Positions 7,888 to 17,626 are shown, counted from the first letter of the stretch. The stretch is DNA of 64,000 nt from an uncultured Christensenella sp. (GCA_910587015.1 CAJUME010000003.1:4386-68385), one strand, 5' to 3'. Made by a program: numbers and translations. Notes: generated from the sequence alone by a model not told the origin.

Positions 7888-10497
7888 ATGGAAAAGCTTA
7901 GAAATTTTTTAATAATTATTGTTGTCGGCTCGATATTTAGTTCTATAGCCTTGTTGTGTGGTTGTAGTATTAAAAATCAGCCGATATATTACGATTTAAT
8001 CTATATAGCAGGCGAAGGCGGTTATATAGACGGGCAAGCGGAACAGACTGTAGAAAGCGGCAAAGACGGATTAACAGTAGTTGCCGTGCCTTATGACGGT
8101 TATGAATTCGTTCAATGGTCAGACGGAGGAACAGAAGCTACACGGCAGGATAAAAACGTAACTGTAGACATTTCGGTTACTGCCGAATTTAAATTAAAGA
8201 TTAATCCGGCAAAAAGTTATACGGTTATTTATCAGGCAAACGAGGGCGGAACAATTTCCGGCGCCGCTGAACAATCCGTAAAAGAGGGCGAAAACGGAAC
8301 AGAGGTTGTTGCCGTACCCAACGAGGGCTACAGATTTGTTAAATGGAGCGACAATATAACCGAAGCCACAAGGCAGGATAGAAACGTAACGAAAGATATA
8401 GTTGTAAAGGCAATATTTGAAAAGCAGACTTACACGTTAACTTACGTTGCAAGTAACGGCGGGTATTTGGTCGGCAACGCAAGTCAAACTGTTACATACG
8501 GCGAAAGCGGAACAGAAATCACCGCAGTTACAAAAGAGGGTTATAAATTTGTTAAATGGTCAGACGGTGTAACCACGCCGAATAGACAGGATATAAATAT
8601 CACAGCAGATACAACCGTTACGGCAATATTTGAGAAGCAGACATTCACTTTAAATTACGTTGCGGGCACAGGTGGAACGATAGACGGAGAATCGGAACAG
8701 CAAGTAAAATATGCAGAATTAAGCGAAGCGGTTGTTGCAGTCCCGCAAGCGGGATATAAATTTGTAAAATGGTCGGACGGTAACGGCTCAACGGTAAGAC
8801 GCGACTTGGTAATTTCAGCTATGACCTTAACCGCCGAGTTTGAATTTTTATATGAAGGCGGCGAAGGTACGCAGTCAAAGCCGTTTACCATTGCAAACTA
8901 TACGCAATTAAACGATATGTGGTATTACCCCGAATCGAATTATAAGCTGATAAACGATTTAGACCTTAGCGGTATATCACATGAGCCTATATTTGATAAA
9001 ATTAATTATTTCAAAGGGAATTTTGACGGAAACGGACACACTGTAAAAAACTTAACCGTTGAAACAGAAAGTAATTGTCCATCGTTGTTCGGTGTGTCAG
9101 GCGGCAGTATAAGCAATTTAACTATCATTGATGCAAACATAATAACTGCCGATTATGATACGTTGAACAGAAATGATAATTATTACGTCGGTATTCTCGC
9201 AGGAATGGTTAAGGGCTATGTCCACGATGTTAATGTAAGAGGAAAAATAGTAACTAACGGTTTTAGTTATGCGGGAATCGCAATCGGCGGACTTGTAGGT
9301 TATGCCAATGGTACAGTAGCTAATTGCAGTTGTAACGTACAGTTGGATATAAAAAATATTTACAGCAAAAGTTTAAATTTGCCGTTTGTATTTGGAGGAA
9401 TGATAGGCGTTTGCGATTCGGCGTTTGTCAGAGATTGCCAAGCCGAAGGTCAAATTAAGATAACCGAGTGTTATTGGACTGAAAGCGGTGATACAGGTGC
9501 TATAAATAAGTCTGCTGAAATTGTGGCGGGCGGCTTGATAGGCTATTATTTTACAGCCAGACAATTAAATGCGTATATAAGAAATTGTCGGACTGATGTA
9601 GAAATATACGGCGACAATAACTATAATGCGGGCGGCTTTGTTGGCTATTTGGACGCAGTTCAAGATACAACATTACAAATTACTGACTGTTCCGTTTACG
9701 GCGACGTAACCTGCGGAAGAGTAGGCGGGTTTGTTTATAGAGCATATAGCTCAAACAACAGTACATTACTGTTTGATAAATGTATAATCGAAAACAGTGT
9801 AACGGCATTCTCTTACGGAGCGGGATTTGTATATTTTTGTCAAGGCTCATCTAACGGCGTTTTTCAAATAAAGAATTGTTATACGATAGGCGATATAAAA
9901 ACTCGTGGCTGGTTTGACGCTGAACGCATTGTTGGCAGAGCTTCAGGCTTTGGTTGGCAAATGAGTTATGTATCAATTGTAAAAAGCTATGCGAAAAGAG
10001 ACATAATTTCAAGCGATGGCAGAGGGTTTTCTTTTTATTTTTCAAATAGTGAAATCATTTCATGTTTTTATGAAGGTACTATTGATATAAGTAACGGAGC
10101 AGGAACTCTAAGAGGTGTTGGAATGTTCGACGTTTTTTCAAGTTCCAAGTTAGATAATTGTTATGTAAACGTAAATTTTGTAACGGGCGAAAAAGATACA
10201 TCTAATTTATATGCGTTAATCAGACAAGGCGGCGGAAAGATAAGTAATTTTTATTGTTACGGTAATTATTGCAAAATCTTTGAAAGCTATAATATGCAAA
10301 ATGTAAGTAACGGGCATGTTTTTAAAGGAAACATAGATGAAAATAATCTACCGCAAGAAGGCGAAGGAACTGATATAGCAATTTACGATAATATTGAAGA
10401 TATGTATTTTTTAGCCGATAAACTTAACGAGGGGCAAGGCGAGGAGATTTGGGTAAACGTTGAAAATGATTTACCTAAACTAAAAAATTTAATCTGA
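7888..10497 (+). CDS. Lipoprotein with four Listeria-Bacteroides (InlB B-type) repeats and a GLUG-motif repeat region
   Basis: Signal/lipobox MEKLRNFLIIIVVGSIFSSIALLCGC. Four ~72-aa repeats ..GGxIxGxxxQxVxxGxxGxxVxAVPxxGYxFVKWSDG... Then repeated GGLVGY/GGLIGY/GGFVGY GLUG-like motifs. Start uncertain (GTG 7852 vs ATG 7888). Confidence 0.75.
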   Translation: MEKLRNFLIIIVVGSIFSSIALLCGCSIKNQPIYYDLIYIAGEGGYIDGQAEQTVESGKDGLTVVAVPYDGYEFVQWSDGGTEATRQDKNVTVDISVTAEFKLKINPAKSYTVIYQANEGGTISGAAEQSVKEGENGTEVVAVPNEGYRFVKWSDNITEATRQDRNVTKDIVVKAIFEKQTYTLTYVASNGGYLVGNASQTVTYGESGTEITAVTKEGYKFVKWSDGVTTPNRQDINITADTTVTAIFEKQTFTLNYVAGTGGTIDGESEQQVKYAELSEAVVAVPQAGYKFVKWSDGNGSTVRRDLVISAMTLTAEFEFLYEGGEGTQSKPFTIANYTQLNDMWYYPESNYKLINDLDLSGISHEPIFDKINYFKGNFDGNGHTVKNLTVETESNCPSLFGVSGGSISNLTIIDANIITADYDTLNRNDNYYVGILAGMVKGYVHDVNVRGKIVTNGFSYAGIAIGGLVGYANGTVANCSCNVQLDIKNIYSKSLNLPFVFGGMIGVCDSAFVRDCQAEGQIKITECYWTESGDTGAINKSAEIVAGGLIGYYFTARQLNAYIRNCRTDVEIYGDNNYNAGGFVGYLDAVQDTTLQITDCSVYGDVTCGRVGGFVYRAYSSNNSTLLFDKCIIENSVTAFSYGAGFVYFCQGSSNGVFQIKNCYTIGDIKTRGWFDAERIVGRASGFGWQMSYVSIVKSYAKRDIISSDGRGFSFYFSNSEIISCFYEGTIDISNGAGTLRGVGMFDVFSSSKLDNCYVNVNFVTGEKDTSNLYALIRQGGGKISNFYCYGNYCKIFESYNMQNVSNGHVFKGNIDENNLPQEGEGTDIAIYDNIEDMYFLADKLNEGQGEEIWVNVENDLPKLKNLI
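7987..8848 (+). repeat. Four tandem ~72-aa InlB-B-type coding repeats
   Basis: YDLIYIAGEGGYIDG.. / YTVIYQANEGGTISG.. / YTLTYVASNGGYLVG.. / FTLNYVAGTGGTIDG.., each ending ..GY(E/R/K)FV(Q/K)WSD.. Confidence 0.8.
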
Positions 10498-10516
10498 AAT
10501 TTTCAATCCACAATAA

Positions 10517-10544
10517 AAGGGCTTCTGATAATACAGAAGCCCTT
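10517..10544. terminator. Terminator hairpin (U-run on the minus strand, serves the GGGtGRT operon; also ends the + gene)
   Basis: GGGCTTCTG (10519-10527) / CAGAAGCCC (10534-10542). Minus-strand reading is followed by CTTTTATTG. Confidence 0.7.
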
Positions 10545-10568
10545 GCTGTAATACTATATTTTGTAAAA

Positions 10569-11570
10569 TTACTTTGTCATTGCTTCTTGCACGGCAACCG
10601 CAACTGCAACGGTTGCGCCGACCATAGGGTTGTTGCCCATACCGATAAGTCCCATCATTTCAACGTGAGCGGGAACGGAGGAGGAGCCTGCAAACTGCGC
10701 GTCCGAATGCATACGTCCCATCGTGTCGGTCATACCGTAGCTGGAAGGACCGGCCGCCATATTGTCGGGGTGCAGTGTTCTGCCCGTGCCGCCGCCGGAC
10801 GCAACCGAAAAGTATTTTACGCCGTTCTCGACGCACCATTTTTTATAGGTGCCTGCAACGGGGTGCTGGAAGCGGGTGGGGTTGGTGGAGTTACCCGTAA
10901 TCGAAACGGAAACATGCTCCAACTTCATAATCGCAACGCCCTCGGGCACGTTGTCCGCGCCGTAGCATTTAACCTTTGCTCTTGCGCCGTCCGAGAATGC
11001 AACGCTGTCGACAACCTTAACCGTTTCGGTGTAGGGGTCAAACTGCGTTCTGCAATAGGTGAAGCCGTTAATTCTCGAAATTATATAAGCCGCATCCTTG
11101 CCTAAACCGTTAAGAATAACTCTCAAAGGCTTAGTGCGCACCTTGTTTGCGTTTTCAGCAATTTTAATAGCGCCCTCTGCCGCAGCGAACGATTCGTGAC
11201 CGGCGAGGAAGCAGAAGCAGTCCGTTTCTTCCGACAGCAGCATAGAGCCGAGGTTTCCGTGACCTTCGCCGACCTTTCTGTTTTCCGCAACCGAGCCGGG
11301 AATGCAGAAGCTCTGCAAGCCTACGCCGATTTTAACGGCCGCGTCGCTCGCCTTTTTGCAGCCGCTTTTTATCGCGATAGCCGCGCCTACGGTGTACGCC
11401 CATACCGCGTTTTCAAAGCAGATAGGCTGCGTGCCGCGTACTATTTTGTCTACGTCTATTCCCTTTTTAAGGGTAATGTCGCGGCATTCCTCGATTGATT
11501 TAATGCCGTATTCCTTCAAAACGGAGAGAATTTTCTTTTCTCTTCTTTCATAGCTTTCAAAAAGCGCCAT
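10569..11570 (-). CDS. GGGtGRT family protein (uncharacterised)
   Basis: Contains the family-naming motif ..VASGGGTGRTLHPDN... 333 aa as typical for the family. Start ATG overlaps the stop of the upstream gene (TAATG). Confidence 0.8.
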   Translation of the reverse strand: MALFESYERREKKILSVLKEYGIKSIEECRDITLKKGIDVDKIVRGTQPICFENAVWAYTVGAAIAIKSGCKKASDAAVKIGVGLQSFCIPGSVAENRKVGEGHGNLGSMLLSEETDCFCFLAGHESFAAAEGAIKIAENANKVRTKPLRVILNGLGKDAAYIISRINGFTYCRTQFDPYTETVKVVDSVAFSDGARAKVKCYGADNVPEGVAIMKLEHVSVSITGNSTNPTRFQHPVAGTYKKWCVENGVKYFSVASGGGTGRTLHPDNMAAGPSSYGMTDTMGRMHSDAQFAGSSSVPAHVEMMGLIGMGNNPMVGATVAVAVAVQEAMTK

Positions 11571-12298
11571 TAGTCCTTAACCTCCTTGTCCGTTCTGGGG
11601 TCAATATGCTTTACGGCGCCGCTCTCGTAGGAGTATCTGCCGTAGGTGCCGATTGCTTTTTCGTATGCCTCGTTGGGGGTAAGCCCTTTCTTAATAAAGT
11701 CGGTCATTTTGCCCAAAGCAACGAATTTATAACCGCAAATTTCATTGTTTTTGTCAAGCGCAAGCGCAATTACGTAGCCCTCTGCCATTTCAAGGTATCT
11801 TGCGCCCTTCAAAGCCGTGCCGTACATCGTGCCTACCTGCGAACGCAAGCCCTTGCCCAAATCTTCCAGACCCGCGCCGATAGGCAGACCGTCCTCGGAG
11901 AACGCGGACTGCGTTCTGCCGTATACGATTTGCAGGAACAGCTCGCGCATGGCGGTGTTAATCGCGTCGCACACAAGGTCTGTGTTCAAGGCCTCCAAAA
12001 TCGTCTTGTGGGGCAGAATTTCCGCAGCCATAGCGGCGGAGTGGGTCATGCCTGAGCAGCCTATGGTTTCGACAAGCGCCTCCTGAATAATTCCGTCCTT
12101 AACGTTAAGGGTAAGCTTGCAGGCGCCCTGCTGAGGCGCGCACCAGCCGATACCGTGCGTCAGACCCTTGATGTCCTTGATTTCCTTTGCCTGAATCCAC
12201 TGCCCTTCCTCGGGAATGGGAGCGGGTCCGTGCTCGAATCTTCCGGAAACGCCCTTGGCAACGCAAATCATATTTTCAATGTCTTTTGAATATTGCAT
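11570..12298 (-). CDS. NifU/IscU N-terminal-like Fe-S scaffold-like protein with C-terminal extension
   Basis: ..GWCAPQQGACKLTLNVKDGIIQEALVETIGCSGMTHSAAMAAEIL.. resembles IscU/NifU-N (three Cys, GC..a.aSs.. block). GGAGGAA SD upstream. Confidence 0.65.
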   Translation of the reverse strand: MQYSKDIENMICVAKGVSGRFEHGPAPIPEEGQWIQAKEIKDIKGLTHGIGWCAPQQGACKLTLNVKDGIIQEALVETIGCSGMTHSAAMAAEILPHKTILEALNTDLVCDAINTAMRELFLQIVYGRTQSAFSEDGLPIGAGLEDLGKGLRSQVGTMYGTALKGARYLEMAEGYVIALALDKNNEICGYKFVALGKMTDFIKKGLTPNEAYEKAIGTYGRYSYESGAVKHIDPRTDKEVKD

Positions 12299-12356
12299 TA
12301 CTGTTCCTCCAAAATATTTTTAACATTTACATTCAGCTTTTTTAACAGCCTAAGCT

Positions 12357-12385
12357 ATTATATCACGCATAAAGCATTTAAGCAA
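12357..12385 (-). promoter_or_regulatory. Sigma-A type promoter for the NifU-like/GGGtGRT operon
   Basis: Minus strand TTGCTT (12385-12380) - 17 nt - TGa-TATAAT (12362-12357). Confidence 0.55.
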
Positions 12386-12533
12386 TATTAATTCGATAAA
12401 AAAATAACAAAAAATTTAATATAAGCCGCAGGTTTTTTTGTTTATCCGCGTCCGATTTGTTGTATAATTAAAGTGAACAAAAAAATTTCTCACCAATGCC
12501 GAGTAAGCGGCAGGTTTATAAAGGTAGTAATAG

Positions 12534-13025
12534 ATGCTTTGTCAGCACTGCAAAAAAAACACGGCGACGTATAACCGCGTCGAGGATATAAACGGAGAGC
12601 TGTTCGAAACCCACCTCTGCAAAAGCTGTTATATAAAGCTTTTCGGCGGGCTTAACTCGCTTAATACGGTCGGGGATATAAACGCGTTGCTGTTTGGTTC
12701 GCCGGTAAAACGGCGCAAGGCCTGCCCCGTCTGCGGCACAACCTACAATGATTACGAGCGCACGGGACTTTTGGGCTGTGCCAGCTGCTACGACGTTTTT
12801 AAGGAAGAGCTTTTACCCGCGATAGACAGAATACACGGCAAAACCCGTCATGTCGGCAGGGTCGGCGCCAACAACGACGACCACGGCCTTTACCGCAGAC
12901 TTAAAGCCTTGCAGGAGCAGCTCGAGGTTGCGCTACGCAACAAGCAGTATGCCGAGGCGGGCAGACTCAACAAGCGCATAGACGAAATCACCAAAGCATT
13001 GTACGGAGGCGGAAATGACAGCTGA
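12534..13025 (+). CDS. mcsA: Protein-arginine kinase activator McsA (UvrB/C-motif, zinc-finger protein)
   Basis: CxxC..CxxC and CPxC..CxxC pairs, C-terminal UVR-like helix. Overlaps and precedes mcsB. Confidence 0.8.
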   Translation: MLCQHCKKNTATYNRVEDINGELFETHLCKSCYIKLFGGLNSLNTVGDINALLFGSPVKRRKACPVCGTTYNDYERTGLLGCASCYDVFKEELLPAIDRIHGKTRHVGRVGANNDDHGLYRRLKALQEQLEVALRNKQYAEAGRLNKRIDEITKALYGGGNDS

Positions 13026-14046
13026 TAACCTATCAAAGACGGTCGTATCCACGCGCGTCCGCCTTGCAAGAAATTTAGAGGGCTATCCGTTCCCCTCGCA
13101 TTTAAAGGACGAAAAGCAGGCAAAGGAAATTATCCGCCTTGTTTCAAGCGGGCTTTCCCGTGTGGACGGCTTCAACAGCCCCGACGAGTTCAGGCTCTAT
13201 TACATGGACGCGGTGTCCGAGGAGGAGGCGCTCTCGTTAAAGGAAAACCACCTAATAAGTCCTAAGCTTATAGAAAACAGGCGCTATTCCGCCGCGCTTA
13301 TCAACAGCGACAAAAGCATATCCATAATGCTGAACGAGGAGGACCATTTGCGCGAGCAGTGCATAGTCAAGGGGTTAGAGCTACGCCCCGCATACGAGGC
13401 TATGTCGCAGATAGACGCAAGAATTTCCGCGTCCATGAAGTTCGCCTTTGACGAGCAGCTCGGCTATCTTACGGCGTGTCCGACAAACCTCGGCACGGGC
13501 TTGCGCGCTTCGGTAATGTTCTTTTTGCCCGCGCTTACAATCAACGGCGTCATGCCAAAAATGATACGCAGCATATCCCGCCTCGGCCTTACCGTGCGCG
13601 GCATCTACGGCGAGGGCAGCGAGGCAGAGGGCTATATGTACCAAATCAGCAACGAGGTAACCCTCGGCGTTTCCGAGGAGGAAATTCTCTCCTCCGTGGA
13701 GGACGTGGTAAGAAAGGTCTGCGCATTAGAGGAAAACGAGCGCAACGTTTTAAAGGGCGGCGCGTCCTCGCTCGATTTGCGTGATAACTGTCTGCGCTCC
13801 TACGGCATACTCACCAACTGCGTAAAGCTTTCCACAAGCGAGCTTATCAAGCTTGCCGCAAACGTAAAGCTGGGCGCTTGCCTCGGCTGGATAAGTCTTG
13901 CCGACGTATCGCTTATCGACGATTTGGTGGTAAAAATGCGCCCTTCAAACATAACCGCGGCGGCGCAAAGACAGCTTTCCGCAGTGGAGCGGGATATGTA
14001 CCGTGCCGAGGCGGTGGGTAAATATTTAAAGAAGCTTATAGGCTAA
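13015..14046 (+). CDS. mcsB: Protein arginine kinase McsB (ATP:guanido phosphotransferase)
   Basis: ..NEEDHLR.. and ..TACPTNLGTGLRASVM.. phosphagen-kinase signatures. 343 aa. Confidence 0.9.
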   Translation: MTADNLSKTVVSTRVRLARNLEGYPFPSHLKDEKQAKEIIRLVSSGLSRVDGFNSPDEFRLYYMDAVSEEEALSLKENHLISPKLIENRRYSAALINSDKSISIMLNEEDHLREQCIVKGLELRPAYEAMSQIDARISASMKFAFDEQLGYLTACPTNLGTGLRASVMFFLPALTINGVMPKMIRSISRLGLTVRGIYGEGSEAEGYMYQISNEVTLGVSEEEILSSVEDVVRKVCALEENERNVLKGGASSLDLRDNCLRSYGILTNCVKLSTSELIKLAANVKLGACLGWISLADVSLIDDLVVKMRPSNITAAAQRQLSAVERDMYRAEAVGKYLKKLIG

Positions 14047-14097
14047 GCCTTTTAAGCAAAACTCAACCATATTACGGGGGTAATTAAAAAAAACGAT

Positions 14098-16626
14098 ATG
14101 AATTTCAATAAATTTACAGATAATTTACAGCAGGTAATTTCAGTCGCGGAGGAGGCGGCAAAAATCTACGGCAGCAGCTATATCGGCAGCGAGCACATAG
14201 TTTTTGCAATGCTCAACTGCCCCGACTGTACGGCGTGCAAGGTGCTTGTATCTTGCGACGTGTCGGAGGCGTCCTACCGCGAATATTTCCAGCGCTCCAT
14301 CGACAAGCGCTCCAATATAACGGGCTACACCCCGCGTACAAAGCACATGATAGAGCGCGCGTTAGAGCTTTCAATAGACATCAACGGCGAGGACTCGCTT
14401 GCTGGTACCGAGCATATGCTGCTTGCAGTAATGTCCTCAAACGACTGCCTTGCAATGCGCATACTCTACGCGCTGGGCATAAATATCGCAGTGCTTGCGG
14501 GCAAGCTCGACCTTGTCATAAACGGCGGCGTCTCCGAGCTTTTTCAGGAGGAGGAAAACGAAGACCCCTTCAAGGGCTTTGCGGAAAGCTTGTTCTCTTC
14601 CCCGCATTCCTCTGGCGCGGCTTCGGCAAAAAAGCCCAAGGAAAGCCGTACCGCAAGCCCGTTGGATAAGTCCGTGCTTCAATACGGCTCCGACCTCACC
14701 CAAAAGGCGCGCGAGGGTAAAATAGACCCCGTTATAGGCCGCAAAAAGGAAATTGATAAAATAATTCAGGTGCTTTCCCGCCGCACAAAAAACAACCCCG
14801 TGCTTATAGGCGAGCCGGGCGTTGGCAAAAGCGCGGTTGTGGAGGGGCTTGCTCAGGCAATCGTCAAAAACGAGGTGCCCGACCTGCTTAAAAACAAGCT
14901 TGTGTTTTCGCTTGACCTTGCGGGCATGGTCGCGGGCGCAAAGTACCGCGGCGACTTCGAGGAAAGGCTTAAAAACGCAATAGACGCAATAAAGCGCAAC
15001 GGCAACGTAATACTTTTCATAGACGAAATTCACCAGATTGTCGGCGCGGGAGCCACCTCCGAGGGAAATATGGACGCGGCAAATATTTTAAAGCCTATGC
15101 TTGCCCGCGGCGAGCTGCAAACGGTCGGCGCAACCACCCTCGAGGAATACAGAAAATATATCGAAAAGGATTCCGCCCTCGAACGCCGCTTTACGCCCGT
15201 TCAGGTAGACGAGCCGAGCGTTGAGGACACCGTAGAAATTTTAAGGGGGCTGCGCGACAAGTACGAGGCGCACCATAAGGTCGTAATCACGGACGAGGCT
15301 ATTATTGCCGCGGCAACCCTTTCCGACAGATATATAACAGACAGATTTTTACCCGACAAGGCAATCGACCTTATAGACGAGGCGGCCTCCCGCGCGCGCT
15401 TAAATGCAATGAACAGCCCCGACGAGGTGAAGGAGCTCGAAGAAAAGTTAAAGCGCTTGAACCTTGAAAAGAACAAGGCGGCGAAGGGTGAAAATTATTC
15501 TCAGGCGCAAAAGCTTGTAGTGGAAATTAACGAAATTCAGGAAAAAATCAAAAAGCTGACCTCCGAATGGAAGGGAGAAAAGCAGACCACCGCGCCCAAT
15601 ATCGGCGGCAACGAAATCGCGGATATAGTCAGCGGCTGGACGGGCGTGCCCGTAATCAAGCTGACCGAGCAGGAGAGCGAAAAGCTTTTGCATCTGGAAG
15701 AAAATCTCCACAAGCGCATAATAGGTCAGGACGAGGCCGTTTCAGCCGTTTCCAAGGCAATACGCCGCGCCCGCGCGGGACTTAACGAACCCGACAAGCC
15801 CATAGGCTCGTTCATATTCGTAGGCCCCACGGGCGTAGGTAAAACCGACCTTGCCAAGGCGCTTGCGGAAACCATGTTCGGCGACGAAAAGCTGATGATA
15901 AGGCTGGATATGTCGGAGTTTATGGAAAAGCATTCCGTTTCCAAGCTTATCGGCGCGCCTCCGGGCTATATCGGCTATGACGACAACAACGGCGGACAGC
16001 TTACCGAGAAGGTACGCCGCAAGCCCTATTCCGTCGTGCTATTCGACGAGGTTGAAAAAGCCCACCCCGACGTTTTCAACGTGCTTCTGCAAATTCTCGA
16101 CGACGGAAGGCTTACCGACAGCAAGGGCAGGGTAATCAACTTCAAAAACACCATAATAATTATGACCTCCAACGTCGGCGCAAGCCGCATAAAAAAGATG
16201 TCCAATTTCGGTTTTTCCGCAGGCGACGAGGCGGATACGGGCTACGAAAAAATGAAGGAGGACATAAACGAAGCGCTTAAAGAGCAGTTTAAGCCCGAAT
16301 TTTTGAACCGCCTTGACGAAATTATCATCTTCCGCAAGCTCAGCAAGGAAGAGGCGGGTAAAATCTGCTACAAGATTATAGACGCGCTTTCCGAAAGACT
16401 TAAAAACAAAAATATCAGCCTTGTCATTTCAGACGAGGCTATGGACAAAATTCTTGACGAGGGCTACAATGATATGTTCGGCGCCCGCCCGCTTAAAAGG
16501 GTTGTTCAAAAGCGTATAGAGGACAGACTTTCCGACGAAATTCTTGCGGGACATATTCTTCCCAACGAAACCGTCACCGTAACCGTGGCAGACGGCGGAC
16601 TTGTTTTCCGCTCCGACAAACGGTAA
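14098..16626 (+). CDS. clpC: ATP-dependent Clp protease ATP-binding subunit ClpC
   Basis: Clp N repeats, two AAA+ modules ([16 protein letters not shown]), UVR-like middle domain. 842 aa. Confidence 0.92.
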   Translation: MNFNKFTDNLQQVISVAEEAAKIYGSSYIGSEHIVFAMLNCPDCTACKVLVSCDVSEASYREYFQRSIDKRSNITGYTPRTKHMIERALELSIDINGEDSLAGTEHMLLAVMSSNDCLAMRILYALGINIAVLAGKLDLVINGGVSELFQEEENEDPFKGFAESLFSSPHSSGAASAKKPKESRTASPLDKSVLQYGSDLTQKAREGKIDPVIGRKKEIDKIIQVLSRRTKNNPVLIGEPGVGKSAVVEGLAQAIVKNEVPDLLKNKLVFSLDLAGMVAGAKYRGDFEERLKNAIDAIKRNGNVILFIDEIHQIVGAGATSEGNMDAANILKPMLARGELQTVGATTLEEYRKYIEKDSALERRFTPVQVDEPSVEDTVEILRGLRDKYEAHHKVVITDEAIIAAATLSDRYITDRFLPDKAIDLIDEAASRARLNAMNSPDEVKELEEKLKRLNLEKNKAAKGENYSQAQKLVVEINEIQEKIKKLTSEWKGEKQTTAPNIGGNEIADIVSGWTGVPVIKLTEQESEKLLHLEENLHKRIIGQDEAVSAVSKAIRRARAGLNEPDKPIGSFIFVGPTGVGKTDLAKALAETMFGDEKLMIRLDMSEFMEKHSVSKLIGAPPGYIGYDDNNGGQLTEKVRRKPYSVVLFDEVEKAHPDVFNVLLQILDDGRLTDSKGRVINFKNTIIIMTSNVGASRIKKMSNFGFSAGDEADTGYEKMKEDINEALKEQFKPEFLNRLDEIIIFRKLSKEEAGKICYKIIDALSERLKNKNISLVISDEAMDKILDEGYNDMFGARPLKRVVQKRIEDRLSDEILAGHILPNETVTVTVADGGLVFRSDKR

Positions 16627-16666
16627 TAATGCGTTAAAATGCGGTCGCAATTCAATAAAAATTATC

Positions 16667-16692
16667 AAAAAGCCCCTATATAGGGGCTTTTT
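16667..16692 (+). terminator. Rho-independent terminator after clpC
   Basis: AAAAAGCCCCTATATAGGGGCTTTTT. Confidence 0.85.
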
Positions 16693-16836
16693 GCATTCTA
16701 CTCACGGTAGAGAGCTTTTTCAGGGGGTGTGGAGCCGTAAAAAATATATGTAGAGCGCGTAAGCGCAGGTGTAGGTTTACCTTTGCCTCAAGCCGTATAT
16801 AATTATAAGGCAAATTATAAAAGGCGGTACGCAACA

Positions 16837-17517
16837 ATGCAAAAAGCTGCAGCTTATCCCGCGGCGCGGCAGAACAGGCCCGCGCCCGAATACACCAAGG
16901 GCGAAGAAATTTTCAACGCCGTATCCCACATAGTCGGCGGCGCGCTCGGGCTCGCCGCGCTGATAACCTTACTTATTTTCGCCTACCCTAACGCGGGGTA
17001 TATGGCTTCCGTGGCGGCGTTCGGCGTCAGCGTAATCGTGCTTTATACCATGAGCGCGCTCTATCATTTTCTCCCGCGCGGCGGCGGCAAAAGGGTCTTT
17101 CGCATATTCGACCACTGCACAATATTTCTTCTTATTGCCGGCACCTATACGCCCTTCTGCGTAATTGCCCTCGGGCTTTCCACCTTGGGCATAATTATTA
17201 TCGTAATCGAATGGGCGCTTGCCGTTCTCGGCATAACGGGCAACGCAATCGCAATGCACAATAAGGTGATAAAGGGTATCTCGATGGCGTTTTACTGCAT
17301 AATGGGCTGGCTTATTCTAATCGCCTTCGGCGAGCTGTTGCAAAAGCTTACCGTTGCGGAGTTCGCTCTACTGCTTGCGGGCGGGCTTGCGTACACCCTC
17401 GGCATAATCTTTTACGCCCTCGGCAAAAAAATAAAGTATTTTCATTCCGTATGGCATTTGTTTGACGTTGCGGGCACCGCGTTGCAGTTTGCAAGCCTGC
17501 TTTTATTGCTTATTTAA
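16837..17517 (+). CDS. Hemolysin III / PAQR family membrane protein
   Basis: ..EEIFNAVSHIVGG.., ..FDHCTIFLLIAGTYTP.., ..HSVWHLFV.. motifs and 7 hydrophobic segments. ATG 16837 preferred over TTG 16783. Confidence 0.8.
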   Translation: MQKAAAYPAARQNRPAPEYTKGEEIFNAVSHIVGGALGLAALITLLIFAYPNAGYMASVAAFGVSVIVLYTMSALYHFLPRGGGKRVFRIFDHCTIFLLIAGTYTPFCVIALGLSTLGIIIIVIEWALAVLGITGNAIAMHNKVIKGISMAFYCIMGWLILIAFGELLQKLTVAEFALLLAGGLAYTLGIIFYALGKKIKYFHSVWHLFDVAGTALQFASLLLLLI

Positions 17518-17570
17518 GGCATAAGCGCTGTTGCCGTACCCTTGCTATTTAGCGTCCGAAAAAACTTTTC

Positions 17571-17619
17571 ACACAATATGTTGTGTTTTGTTAAAAATTT
17601 TCAGCACAATATTTTGTGC
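17571..17619 (+). promoter_or_regulatory. Two tandem 16-bp palindromes resembling NrdR boxes
   Basis: ACACAATATGTTGTGT (17571-17586) and GCACAATATTTTGTGC (17604-17619), centres 33 bp apart, ending 7 bp upstream of the -35. Compare recalled NrdR consensus acaCwAtATaTwGtgt. Confidence 0.55.
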
Positions 17620-17626
17620 TTTACCG

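Noticed and set aside
12299-12533. CtsR operator (GGTCAAA direct repeat) upstream of mcsA
   Set aside because: No GGTCAAA or TTTGACC heptad is present in the region.
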